A stretch of 64,000 nucleotides of DNA, from positions 1-64,000 of the forward strand of contig CAWEYL010000005.1 in assembly GCA_963813335.1 (NCBI GenBank), given 5' to 3'. The notes below the pieces were generated by a model. The model was not told the DNA's origin, ran no database searches, and was given only the letters and a program-made list of their open reading frames with translations. Within the stretch, counting starts at the first letter, position 1. Each line of letters begins with the position of its first letter. Positions 19,648 to 28,931 of this stretch are shown here, in pieces. Source of the DNA: an uncultured Chloroflexia bacterium (GTDB lineage Bacteria; Chloroflexota; Limnocylindria; Limnocylindrales; CSP1-4). Both the position numbers and the translations under genes were made by a program.

Positions 19648-21663
19648 TCAGGTCAATCCCCACCCGATGAGGCGCCAGGCGGCCAGCTGAGCGACGAGCG
19701 CGACACCCGCGAAGGCCAGCGACGCGAGCCGGATCGGGAGCGAGTCCGACCACCAGCGCCGCCTCCAGCCGATGGCGACGATCGCGACGAGGGCTCCCAC
19801 CGAGGCGGCGAGGCCGATCGGGACGTGCATCGCGAGGCGCTCGGCCAACGGCAGCTCGAGCCAGCCGAGGAACCCGGATTCGACCATCGGCGGCATCGCG
19901 ATGACGAGGCCGATCGCCGCCAGTACGAGGAGCGCGGTCAGCGCTGCGGCGATCGCCGCGAACCGGCGGCCGATCCGGCCCGAGGAGGGCAGGTCCGCGG
20001 GCGTGGCCCGCGTGCGTCGCCGAAGCGTGCCGACAACGGCGCCGATCAGCCACCACCCGGCCGTGCCCACCACGACCGCGAGCAGGGCCCATTGCCACGC
20101 GGCCGGGCCGCCCGTCACCTGGACGAGGTCGAGGCTGCGCCATGTCGGCGGCGATCCACGAAGGTCGAGCGTCTCGCCGTTCTCGGCGAGGAAGAGCCCC
20201 GGTTCGACCTCCGTCATGCGGTGCCGGTCCAGTCCCTGCTCCTCGTCGGCCTCGAAGTACGGGACCCCAGCGTCGACGAAGAACCGTCCGGGCGGTGCAC
20301 TGGGGTCGAACGTTCCGGCATTCAGGATCCGATAGTTGCCGGCGTAGGCTGCCCAGCGCGTCGATTCATCACCGCGCGGCGGCATCCGCGCCGCCGCGAC
20401 GAGATCGGCCATCCCGGCGGGCGGCAGGTAATGGCTATCTGGATCGGCGGCCGCGTCCTGGGCAGGCAGGGCGAGCAGTCGATCGTGGTAGAGAGTGCCC
20501 GGCTCGCGGACGAGATCGCCGAGGATCGAGAGGGCGAGATCGCCCTGCAGGTCATGATCCGTCGAGTTCGTCAGCACCGCGATGCCGATCCCGAGTGGTG
20601 GCGACCACCACAGGTCCGACAGGAATCCGAACCCGCCCCCGCCATGGTTGAACAGCTCGGCATTCCCGGCCGCCCCCCAGCGGTGGCGGGAGACGCCGAG
20701 CGCGTAGCCGGCGGGCGCATTCGCGTAGGGCGCCGGGATCGTTCGCATCTCGGTCATCAGCGCGGGATCAAGAACCTCCAGGCCGTCGATCGAGCCGTCG
20801 TTGAGCTGGAAGCGGAGGTACCGAGCGAGGTCGGTCGCGCTGCTGTACAGCCCCCCGGCGGCAGTCATCGGCTCGACGAACGGCAGGTCCGGCACTGGGT
20901 AGGTGTGACCGATGGCCCGGTCGGTGGCAGCCCGGATCTCGTCTCGGTCGAACGTGCTCCGCGACATGCCCAGCGGCTCGAGGAGCGAGTCGCGGACGAC
21001 CGACGCGAACGGGGCCCCGCTGACCCGGGCGAGGATCGCGCCGGCCAGGTCGATGCCGAGGTTCGAATAGGCCTGGCCGGTGCCGACCGGGAAGCGGAGC
21101 CAGGTGTTCGAGATGCTGCGCACGTGCTCGTCGAAGGTTCCTGGGTCCCGCTCGTAGTTGTTGCCGATCGGCGCTTCATGGGTGAACCCGGCCGTGTGGG
21201 CCAGGAGCATCCGGAGGGTGATCTTTCGCTCGGGGTGCTCCTCGAAGGCGCTGTGGACGGTGAAGTCCGGCAGGTAGGCCGTGATCGGCTCGTCGAGGTC
21301 CAGGAGGCCCTTGCCCACCGCCTGCATGACCGCGACAGCCGTGAAGTTCTTGGACATCGACTGGACGCTGAAGAGCGTGTCTGCGGTGACCGGCGCGGAG
21401 CGATCGTCGTCCACGTGGCCGAAGCCTTCGGTCCACAGGATCTCGTCGCGATCGACGAGGGCGATCGCCAATCCCGGGATGTCCTGCTCGGCCATGAGCT
21501 CCGGGATCCGGTCGCCGTAGGTCGCGATGACTGAGGCGGCGCCGGCAGTCGCCGGCGACGCCGCTCTGGCCGGACCAGCGGACGCACCCGCAAGGAGGAT
21601 GCACGCAGCACCGATGAGGGCCCGCCGAACGCCGTCATGATGGGGCGCGCCCAGGACTCGCAT
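19648..21663 (-). CDS. Serine hydrolase (class C beta-lactamase-like) with signal peptide and C-terminal TM helices
   Basis: SxxK (SMSK), YxN (YSN), LLAHTAG, HGGG; GGAGG before ATG 21663. Confidence 0.9.
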   Translation of the reverse strand: MRVLGAPHHDGVRRALIGAACILLAGASAGPARAASPATAGAASVIATYGDRIPELMAEQDIPGLAIALVDRDEILWTEGFGHVDDDRSAPVTADTLFSVQSMSKNFTAVAVMQAVGKGLLDLDEPITAYLPDFTVHSAFEEHPERKITLRMLLAHTAGFTHEAPIGNNYERDPGTFDEHVRSISNTWLRFPVGTGQAYSNLGIDLAGAILARVSGAPFASVVRDSLLEPLGMSRSTFDRDEIRAATDRAIGHTYPVPDLPFVEPMTAAGGLYSSATDLARYLRFQLNDGSIDGLEVLDPALMTEMRTIPAPYANAPAGYALGVSRHRWGAAGNAELFNHGGGGFGFLSDLWWSPPLGIGIAVLTNSTDHDLQGDLALSILGDLVREPGTLYHDRLLALPAQDAAADPDSHYLPPAGMADLVAAARMPPRGDESTRWAAYAGNYRILNAGTFDPSAPPGRFFVDAGVPYFEADEEQGLDRHRMTEVEPGLFLAENGETLDLRGSPPTWRSLDLVQVTGGPAAWQWALLAVVVGTAGWWLIGAVVGTLRRRTRATPADLPSSGRIGRRFAAIAAALTALLVLAAIGLVIAMPPMVESGFLGWLELPLAERLAMHVPIGLAASVGALVAIVAIGWRRRWWSDSLPIRLASLAFAGVALVAQLAAWRLIGWGLT

Positions 21664-21691
21664 GACAGCCTCCACGCCGCGGCGTGCGCTT

Positions 21692-22435
21692 CTACGCGGC
21701 CGATCCCGATGCGACGACCCGTGGCATCGACATCCGTCCGGCCGAGGCGGCATCGAGGGCAGTCGGCTCGAAGCCCCTGGCGATCAGCCAGACCGCCATG
21801 ACCATCTCCTGCAGGGCGAGCGGAGCCATGAAGAAGCCGAGCGAGAGCTCGAACATGCTGCCGAGGGGCGCCACGATGTAGAGCACGGCCCCGACGAGCC
21901 CCCAGGTGGACAGCCAGCGGGGCACGAGCCGCGACTGGTACAGCAGGACGTAGAACATCAGCGCGCCGAGCACGAACGGGATGGCGAGCAACTGATCCCA
22001 GATCACGGTCTCGGTTGTGCGCACGAAGCTGGCGAGCGGTCCCCCATCCGGCTCCTTGCTGAGCCCGATCAGCAGCAGCCAGCAGACCGCGCCGACGATG
22101 TAGAGGACCGTCTCGATCGCGCCACGGAAGACGACGTACCCCATGGCCAGCGTCTCGTTGTACCGCTTGCCGACCGGCCAGAACACGACCGGCACCATCG
22201 CGAGCGCGAGGCCCGCCACCAGGAGGAACAAGGCTCCAACGGCCACCTGGTTCGGCTGCGCGGCGACTTGGGCCAGATAGTCGGGGCCCGACAGGATCGC
22301 GTTCGTAACGACCACGCTGAGGACCATGCCGGCGGTTCCGATGATGTACAGCACGCCGATCCAGACGGCGGCCATCCGATCCGCGCTCATGCCAGGCTTT
22401 GCCGGAGCTGCGGCGATCGTTGGGTTCGCATCCAT
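21692..22435 (-). CDS. DUF4386 family membrane protein
   Basis: GVLYIIGT, YVVFRGAIE, LYQSRLVPRWLSTWG, EMVMAVWLIARGF; GGAG RBS. Confidence 0.85.
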   Translation of the reverse strand: MDANPTIAAAPAKPGMSADRMAAVWIGVLYIIGTAGMVLSVVVTNAILSGPDYLAQVAAQPNQVAVGALFLLVAGLALAMVPVVFWPVGKRYNETLAMGYVVFRGAIETVLYIVGAVCWLLLIGLSKEPDGGPLASFVRTTETVIWDQLLAIPFVLGALMFYVLLYQSRLVPRWLSTWGLVGAVLYIVAPLGSMFELSLGFFMAPLALQEMVMAVWLIARGFEPTALDAASAGRMSMPRVVASGSAA

Positions 22436-22445
22436 CTCGTGTCTC

Positions 22446-22922
22446 CTACTCGGGTCGGGGCGACAGGATGACGACTGCGGTCTCGCGCGAGCGGCGGGCC
22501 GCATAGGCATCGAGACCCTTGTCATATGCGGCCCACCTGGCCCACAGGCGCGGGCGTTCGGCCTCGTCCGCCGCGCGGGCGTGGACGGCGCGCGACCCAC
22601 CGGGCAGATCGACGACGGTGTCGGGATGAGCCTGCAGGTTGAGCCACCAGGCCGGCTCGGGATCGGCCCAGCCGTTCATCGCCATGGTGACCAGGTCGGG
22701 ACCGTCCTCGAAGTAGGCGAGGATGGCCTTGCGCTCCTCACCGCTGCGTCGCCCGACCGTGCGCAGACGCATCATGCCGACCTGGTGGTCGGCCGTCGCG
22801 GTTCGAAGGCCGAGCCGACCACGGGTCACGGTGTAGAGGGCACGCTGCGCGACCCAGAACGTGCGGATGAACCAGCGCGGCGGCAGGCGCGGTGACTGCT
22901 CACGCTGTCCTGTCAGATCCAT
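22446..22922 (-). CDS. Nitroreductase family deazaflavin (F420)-dependent oxidoreductase (Ddn-like)
   Basis: LRTVGRRSGEER, NGWADPEPAWWLNLQAHP, ERPRLW motifs; GGAGG RBS. Confidence 0.88.
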   Translation of the reverse strand: MDLTGQREQSPRLPPRWFIRTFWVAQRALYTVTRGRLGLRTATADHQVGMMRLRTVGRRSGEERKAILAYFEDGPDLVTMAMNGWADPEPAWWLNLQAHPDTVVDLPGGSRAVHARAADEAERPRLWARWAAYDKGLDAYAARRSRETAVVILSPRPE

Positions 22923-23226
22923 GTCTGTTCCTCCGGTCCGTACGGCCCGCGCGCCTGCACGGCGCGCCGGACGAGGCGCTCCAGCCGCTCGCGACCGACG
23001 TGTCCTGACGTGGTGGGCAACCTCGACCACGCGAAGGCTGGTCGAAGGTCTCGTCCGCCTCGGGTGAGGCTGGGGGACCGGGCCGAAGCCGGGAATGTCG
23101 ATCCACCCGCGTCGCTGCGAGCGACGGGTCTACTCCCCTTCGCCGAGAGGGTCGCAGATGCGTGCGGCGTCGGGCCAGTGCCGAACGGGCCGAATCGTGT
23201 GGACGTGGACGCGCGGCGGAATTCTG

Positions 23227-23256
23227 TTGACAGGCAAGTCGTGACTTGCATATCAT
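23227..23256 (+). promoter_or_regulatory. Promoter with ArsR operator
   Basis: TTGACA-N18-TATCAT enclosing the palindrome GCAAGTC-gt-GACTTGC (23234-23249). Confidence 0.75.
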
Positions 23257-23268
23257 CCGTGCGAACCC

Positions 23269-23604
23269 ATGGGAGACCCCTTCCGGGCACTCGCCGACCC
23301 GACCCGTCGCCTGATCCTCGACGAGCTGGCCGAGCGAGACGCCCAGACCCTCTTCGAGATCTGCGCGCGCCTGGCCAGCCGGCATGGCGTCGCGTCGAGC
23401 CGGCAGGCGATCAGCCAGCACCTCGACGTGCTGGAGGCCGCGGGCCTGATCGACACCCGTCGCGCCGGCCGGACGAAGCTCCACACGCTCGACCCGGCGC
23501 CCCTCGAGACCATGTTGGACCGCTGGCGGCGCTCCCCGCCGGCCAGCCGAAGCAACCCGGAGGTCGAAGATGCGGATCCACCTGGCGAGCGTCCTGGTCG
23601 ATGA
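23269..23604 (+). CDS. ArsR/SmtB family transcriptional regulator
   Basis: FRALADPTRRLIL..SRQAISQHLDVLEAAGLI. Confidence 0.92.
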   Translation: MGDPFRALADPTRRLILDELAERDAQTLFEICARLASRHGVASSRQAISQHLDVLEAAGLIDTRRAGRTKLHTLDPAPLETMLDRWRRSPPASRSNPEVEDADPPGERPGR

Positions 23605-23959
23605 CCAGGCGAAGGCGCTCGCCTTCTACACGGACGTCCTTGGCTTCCTGCCGAAGACCGACATCGACATGGGCGGTCCGCGCTGGCTGACCGTCGTCTC
23701 GCCCGAGGCGCCGGACGGCACCGAGCTGGTGCTCGAGCCCGACGCGCACCCCGCTGCCGGGCCGTTCAAACGCGCGCTCGTCGCCGACGGGATCCCGTTC
23801 ACCTCGTTCGCGGTGGACGACTGCGCGGCCGAGTACGAGCGGCTCGTAGCGCGTGGCGTCGTCTTCACCCAGCCGCCCGTCGACATGGGGCCGGTCACGA
23901 CCGCGGTCTTCGACGACACCTGCGGGAACCTGATCCAGATCGCGAGCCTGAACGGCTGA
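23570..23959 (+). CDS. VOC family (glyoxalase/bleomycin resistance) protein
   Basis: VLVDDQAKALAFYTDVLGF..RWLTV..FDDTCGNLIQI. Confidence 0.93.
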   Translation: MRIHLASVLVDDQAKALAFYTDVLGFLPKTDIDMGGPRWLTVVSPEAPDGTELVLEPDAHPAAGPFKRALVADGIPFTSFAVDDCAAEYERLVARGVVFTQPPVDMGPVTTAVFDDTCGNLIQIASLNG

Positions 23960-24070
23960 CGCCGTCGCAAGCGCGGCCACGTCCATGCTGAGCGGCGGCG
24001 CGCTCTAGGCGCCGCGAATCAGCGAGCGGCTCGCTCGGATCCCTCTGGTGCTCCTAACCGTGCGATGCCG

Positions 24071-24472
24071 TCAGGCGGCGCCGTCCGTGAGGCCGAAGGC
24101 GGCTCGCACCTCGCGGCCGTTGAGGTACAGGATGATGATGAAGGGCAGGATGCCCATGCCGAAGCCGACGCCGCTGCCGGGGTACTGGATGAACCAGATG
24201 AACGCCTCGAGGAGCGCGAAGCCGGCGATGACCATGGAGAACATCCAGGCCCACGGCTGCATCGCCCACAGGCCGATCGCGGCGGCGAGCCACAGGAGGC
24301 CCAGGCCGGTGATCAGCCAGCCCCAGATGCCCACGCTCTCGTACTTGGGGAGGTCACCGAAGATGCCGAACCAGTCGAAGCCGAGGATGCGGAGCCCCAG
24401 GAAGAGCCAGGCGAAGCCGGCGAGGGCGGCGAAGAAGCCAAGGATCGAGATCAGGATCGGCGGGTTCTTCAT
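24071..24472 (-). CDS. Small 4-TM membrane protein of unknown function
   Basis: Four hydrophobic segments; GLWAMQPWAW; LYLNGREVRAAFG. Confidence 0.8.
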   Translation of the reverse strand: MKNPPILISILGFFAALAGFAWLFLGLRILGFDWFGIFGDLPKYESVGIWGWLITGLGLLWLAAAIGLWAMQPWAWMFSMVIAGFALLEAFIWFIQYPGSGVGFGMGILPFIIILYLNGREVRAAFGLTDGAA

Positions 24473-24521
24473 CTCTGCGTGTCTCCGATCTACCGTTCGG
24501 CACACAGCCGAGCATCGCGGC

Positions 24522-24932
24522 TCATGCTACACGCTGCGACAACCGGCAAACGTGCCTCCTCACGCACGCCCACGCATCGTGCCTTCGTCTCGCCGATCTG
24601 GCGTGAAGGACGGCCGCGAGCGCCACCAGCCCGCTCGACCAGTACGGGATCGTGCGCGCCACGGCATCCGGCAGGAAGATGTCGGACACGGACCCACGCG
24701 TCGCCCCGAGTCGCTCGGTCAGCGGGGTCAGGGGACAGACGCCCTCGTTGGCGACGAAGACCCCGGCCTCGATCGCGACCAGCCCGGCGGCGACCCCGAC
24801 GCTCCGGTCGCGCCGCCCGAGCAGCCCGCTCACGACGAGCCAGAGGATCGCCGACAGCTCGACCAGGAACACCGTCGTGTGCACGAGCCGGACCGCAGCG
24901 ACCGCGAACGGGTGCGGTCGATCCGAGGTCAA
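24522..24932 (-). CDS. Small membrane protein with CPLT motif (DUF2784-like)
   Basis: C-terminal part of ORF 24522..26465; TTG at 24932 overlaps the upstream TGA; VRLVHT..VCPLTPLTERLG..SVSDIFLP. Confidence 0.7.
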   Translation of the reverse strand: MTSDRPHPFAVAAVRLVHTTVFLVELSAILWLVVSGLLGRRDRSVGVAAGLVAIEAGVFVANEGVCPLTPLTERLGATRGSVSDIFLPDAVARTIPYWSSGLVALAAVLHARSARRRHDAWACVRRHVCRLSQRVA

Positions 24933-25399
24933 CGCGTCGCCCGCCAGGCTTCGAAGGTCGGCCAGCCCCAGCGTGCGGCCGATGCGGCGATGAGGAGCCC
25001 GACCGCGAAGAAGGTCGGGTGCAGGACGCTGAACTCCTTGATGATCGCGAGTTCGACCGGGATCCAGATCATCTGAGCGCATCCGATCGCGAAGGCAAGG
25101 AACGGAGCGATGGGGAGCCGCGCCAGCCCCATGGCCACGACGACGAGGGATCCGACGCCGAAGAGACCGGCGAGGATCAGTCCGGGGACGAAGAAGTCCT
25201 CGAACGGGCTGCCCGCAAGCACCGCAACGTCGAATCCCATCCCGCTCCCGTCGGGTGCGGTCGCGAGGACGATGCCTCCGGCGAGCGCCCCGACGCCAAG
25301 CACCGAGAGCAGCACGAGGCAGACCTTGCCTGCCAGGCCAAGCTCGGGTCTCGGAACGGCCCCGCCTGCCGGGCGGACGCCAACGGCGTGGGTGCTCAT
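24929..25399 (-). CDS. Hypothetical 4-TM membrane protein
   Basis: APDGSGMG..LAGSPFEDFFVPGLIL; GAGGAG RBS. Confidence 0.8.
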   Translation of the reverse strand: MSTHAVGVRPAGGAVPRPELGLAGKVCLVLLSVLGVGALAGGIVLATAPDGSGMGFDVAVLAGSPFEDFFVPGLILAGLFGVGSLVVVAMGLARLPIAPFLAFAIGCAQMIWIPVELAIIKEFSVLHPTFFAVGLLIAASAARWGWPTFEAWRATR

Positions 25400-25595
25400 G
25401 GCGTGTCTCCTCGGGTCGCGCGATCGATCCGGGACCGATCGTCACGGGTCGATCGTCGGCGCTGCCACCGCGGCGAGGTAGAGCCGATGGCCACGGCCGC
25501 ATGGGTCCGTTCGACCCCATCCCGCTCTGGCGACCGATCTCCGCTGTCCCGCGCCCCGTCGCTGCCGTACGCTGACGGTCCCCGAGGAGGTCCAC

Positions 25596-26162
25596 ATGCG
25601 CGTCACCGTCACGCCGGAGCAGATCCAGTCCGCGTTCGAGGCCGTCAAGGACGACCCATCCTTCGACGAGAGCCGGGGGCTCTGGGAGCGCGGCCGGCCG
25701 CCCGTCGAGATGATCCAGGCGATGTGCCTGCGGCCGGAGCTGCTGCGCGCCTTCGCCGGCTTCGGCAACTCGGTCTACCCGGGAGGCATCCTCGAGCGGC
25801 GGGTCAAGGAGCTGGTGATCATCACCGCCTCCACGACGAACGACTGCCAGTTCTGCACGTTCTCGCACTGCGACCTGGTCGACATCGCCGACATCGTCGC
25901 GGAGCCGCTGATCGTCATCGAGGACCCGGCGGCGCTGGTGCCGCGCGAGCGGATCGCCATCGAGTACACGCGCGCCGTGATGACCGATTCGAACCACATC
26001 CCGGAGCCGCTCGCGCAGCAGCTCCACGAGCACTTCAGCGACCCCGAGCTGGTCGAGCTGACCTTCCTGGTCGGCTACATCAACATGCTCAACCTGTTCA
26101 ACAACAGCCTGCAGGTCCGCTACCACGGCGAGTACAGTCTCCTGAAGCCCGTCGCCGGCTGA
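25596..26162 (+). CDS. Carboxymuconolactone decarboxylase/AhpD-like protein
   Basis: KELVII..NDCQFCTFSH (CxxC..H); LHEHFSDPELVEL; GAGGAGG RBS. Confidence 0.85.
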   Translation: MRVTVTPEQIQSAFEAVKDDPSFDESRGLWERGRPPVEMIQAMCLRPELLRAFAGFGNSVYPGGILERRVKELVIITASTTNDCQFCTFSHCDLVDIADIVAEPLIVIEDPAALVPRERIAIEYTRAVMTDSNHIPEPLAQQLHEHFSDPELVELTFLVGYINMLNLFNNSLQVRYHGEYSLLKPVAG

Positions 26163-26196
26163 GGGGCCGGCCCGGGGGCGCCGAGGGCCCGAACGC

Positions 26197-26982
26197 ATGA
26201 CGACGCAACTCCTGGACCAGCTGCCGATCTGGGTGACCATCGGGCTGTTCGCGTTGGTCAGCCTGGCCCTGTACGAGGGCGGGTTCCGGGTCGGGCGCTG
26301 GTGGCAGGAGCGGATGCCTGGTGAGCAGGAGGGGCCGGCGGGCGTGCTCATCGGCGCGATCCTGGGGCTGATGGCCTTCATGCTCGCCGTGACGATGGGC
26401 CTGGCCGCCGACCGGTTCGACACGCGGCGTGGCCTGGTGCTCGACGAGGCGAACGCCATCGGCAAGGCCTACCTGCAGGCCGGGTACATGCCACAGCCCG
26501 AGGCCGACCGGCTGCGCGAGCTGCTGCGCGAGTACCTCCCGCTCAGGATCGCGACGGACGACCCCGCGCAGGTCCAGGACGCCGTCCAGAAGTCGATCGC
26601 GCTGCAGTCGGGGATGTGGGCGATCACCCAGGACGTCGCGCGGAGCGGCTACTACTCGGACCTCATGTCCTCCCTGGGGGATTCGGTGACGGACGTCGTC
26701 AGCGTCAGCCAGGCCCGGGTGGTCGCCGGGCTCTACAGCCGCGTCCCCGAGACGATCCTCCTGCTGTTGCTGGGAGGTTCGATCCTGTCACTCGGGATGG
26801 TCGGCTACGGCGCCGGCCTGACGGGCCGGCGCAGCGTGCTGAGCGCGGTGGTGCTGGTGGTGGCGCTCGGGGCGGTCATGACGATCGTCATCGACCTCGA
26901 CCGGCCGCAGCAAGGGTTCCTGCGGGTCAGCCAGCAGCCGCTCCTCGACGTCCAGAAATGGATCGGGACGCCTGCGCCCTGA
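26197..26982 (+). CDS. DUF4239 (bestrophin-like) membrane protein
   Basis: LGLMAFMLAVT..RFDTRR..DEANAIG; IDLDRPQQG motif. Confidence 0.8.
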   Translation: MTTQLLDQLPIWVTIGLFALVSLALYEGGFRVGRWWQERMPGEQEGPAGVLIGAILGLMAFMLAVTMGLAADRFDTRRGLVLDEANAIGKAYLQAGYMPQPEADRLRELLREYLPLRIATDDPAQVQDAVQKSIALQSGMWAITQDVARSGYYSDLMSSLGDSVTDVVSVSQARVVAGLYSRVPETILLLLLGGSILSLGMVGYGAGLTGRRSVLSAVVLVVALGAVMTIVIDLDRPQQGFLRVSQQPLLDVQKWIGTPAP

Positions 26983-27957
26983 TCAGAGCGGTTCGAGCGT
27001 GATGGCCTCGAGGATGGGGCCGATCCGGCCCGGATCGAGCGCGCCGGCCCCGGGCGACAGGGCGTTCGCGATCCCGGCCGCGAGCCCGAGCCGAGCGGCT
27101 GTCAAGGCCGGCTCGCCGCGCGCGATCGCCACGGCCAGCCCGCCGAGGAACGCGTCGCCGCTGCCAACCGGATAGGGACCGACGATCGCCGGCGGGCGCA
27201 GGCGCGAGCGGCCGTCGGGGCCGACCACCACCGCTCCATCCGAGCCGAGGGTCACGATGACCGTCCCGGCGCCGGCCCGGCGAAGGGCGTCGGCCGCGGC
27301 GGCGGCGGACGAGACGTCGACGACGGCGATGCTGCTCGCCTCGCCGGCCTCGGCCGCGTTGAGCTTCACGAGGCTCGGTCGCTCGGTCAGCACGGCCGCC
27401 AGCGCCGCGCCGTAGGTGTCGGTGAGGAGCGGCACCGGCGCGGCGGCAGCCGCGGCGGACCGCGCGATCCGGGCGAACCCATCCGCGGGCGCGCCGGGCG
27501 GCAGGCTCCCGGAGACCGCGACCGCCGCGAGGTCGCCGCGCTCGAGCTCCGCCTGGACGGCCGCCTCGAGCGCCGCCCACTCGGCCGTCTGGGTCTCGGT
27601 GCCGGGCTCGTAGACCTCGGTCAACGCGCCGCTCGAGCGGTCGAGGATCGAGACGCAGGTCCGCGTCTCGCCCTCGGTCGGGACCACGCGCACGTCCAGC
27701 CCGAGCTCGCCGAGGCGGTCGACGATCCAGTCACCGGACCGCCCGCCCAGGAGCGCGACCGCCGTCACGTCCCCACCGAGCGCGAGGGCGGCACGGGCCG
27801 CGTTGAGGCCCTTGCCCCCGGGGACGGCCGTCGTCGAGCGCGGTCGGTGGATCGCGCCGGCATCGAGCCGGTCGACCTCGTAGAGGCGGTCGATGGAGGG
27901 GTTGGCCGCGACGAACAGCAGCCGCCGGCCGCGCTCGACGCCGGGCACGACGGTCAT
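26983..27957 (-). CDS. 1-phosphofructokinase/tagatose-6-phosphate kinase family (PfkB, LacC-like)
   Basis: NPSIDR, PGGKGLNAA, GETRTC, SGSLPPG, PVGSGDAFLGG; ATG 27957 overlaps the upstream stop. Confidence 0.9.
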   Translation of the reverse strand: MTVVPGVERGRRLLFVAANPSIDRLYEVDRLDAGAIHRPRSTTAVPGGKGLNAARAALALGGDVTAVALLGGRSGDWIVDRLGELGLDVRVVPTEGETRTCVSILDRSSGALTEVYEPGTETQTAEWAALEAAVQAELERGDLAAVAVSGSLPPGAPADGFARIARSAAAAAAPVPLLTDTYGAALAAVLTERPSLVKLNAAEAGEASSIAVVDVSSAAAAADALRRAGAGTVIVTLGSDGAVVVGPDGRSRLRPPAIVGPYPVGSGDAFLGGLAVAIARGEPALTAARLGLAAGIANALSPGAGALDPGRIGPILEAITLEPL

Positions 27958-28929
27958 GGTGCCCAGGCGGCCATCGCCGCGCGCGCCTCGGCGAGGCTCG
28001 GCTGCGCCTCCACGCCGCCGACCGCACGCGTCGAGAGGGCGCCGCACACGGCGCCGAGCGCCAGGCAGTCCTCGAGGTCGGAGCGGTCGAGCCAGGCCCG
28101 CAGGAAGCCGGCGTCGAACGAGTCGCCGGCGCCGGTCGTGTCGACCGGGTCCACCCGCATCGCCGGGACGCGCACGACACGCCCGTCGGCCCGGGCCGCG
28201 AGGGCGCCGTCGGCGCCGAGCTTGACCGCGATCGTCGGTCCGCCGTCGGCCCGGCCGGCCGCACCGATCCGTGCGAGCGCCAGCGCGGCGGCCGCGACGT
28301 CGTCGATGCCCGCGATCCGCCGGGCCTCGGCCGCGTTCGGCAGGAAGACGTCGGACGACCCGGAGCAGCTCAAGGACGTCGTCGCCCCAGCGCTCCGCTG
28401 GATCCCAGTTCGTGTCGAACGACGTCGTCTGGCCCCGCTCGCGTGCGGCGGCGAAGAGCGCCGGCAGCCCCAGGCGGCCCGCCCCCTGGAGGAAGTACGC
28501 GCCGGAGTGGAGGTGCCGCGCGCGGGCCAGCGACGCCGGCGGGATCGCGTCGACATCGAGGGCGTCGATCGTCCCGAGGGCGGTCAGCATCGCCCGGTCC
28601 GCGCCGCTGGTCAGGATGACGGTCGCCCCGGTGGGGCGGTCCGGGTCGACCGTGCACGCCGTGGTGTCGATCCCGCGCGACGCCAGCTCGTCGAGCATGA
28701 ACCGCCCCAGGGCGTCGTCGCCGACCACGCCGGCGAAGGCCACCCGCAGGCCGAGCCGCACCGCGCCGCAGGCGAAGATCGCCGACGAGCTCCCGACCGT
28801 GAGCCGCACCGCGCCGACCAGGCGCTCCACCTCGCCGAAGACCGGCACCGGGTCCGGGTCGGCGATCACGATGTCGGGGTTGATCTCGCCGACGACCAGG
28901 ATGTCGACCTCGGCCACCGTCGCCGCCAT
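27954..28929 (-). CDS. PfkB family carbohydrate kinase, frameshift near 28355
   Basis: VVGEINPD, GSSSAIFAC, GVVGDDALG, SFDTNWDP in one frame; DVFLPNAAEA..DTTGAGDSFDAGF in another. Confidence 0.88.
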
Positions 28930-28931
28930 GC

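Noticed and set aside
19648-21663. Bona fide antibiotic-resistance beta-lactamase
   Set aside because: SxxK/YxN/HGG motifs are shared by many esterases and peptidases; the HGG triad and TM tail differ from AmpC (KTG).
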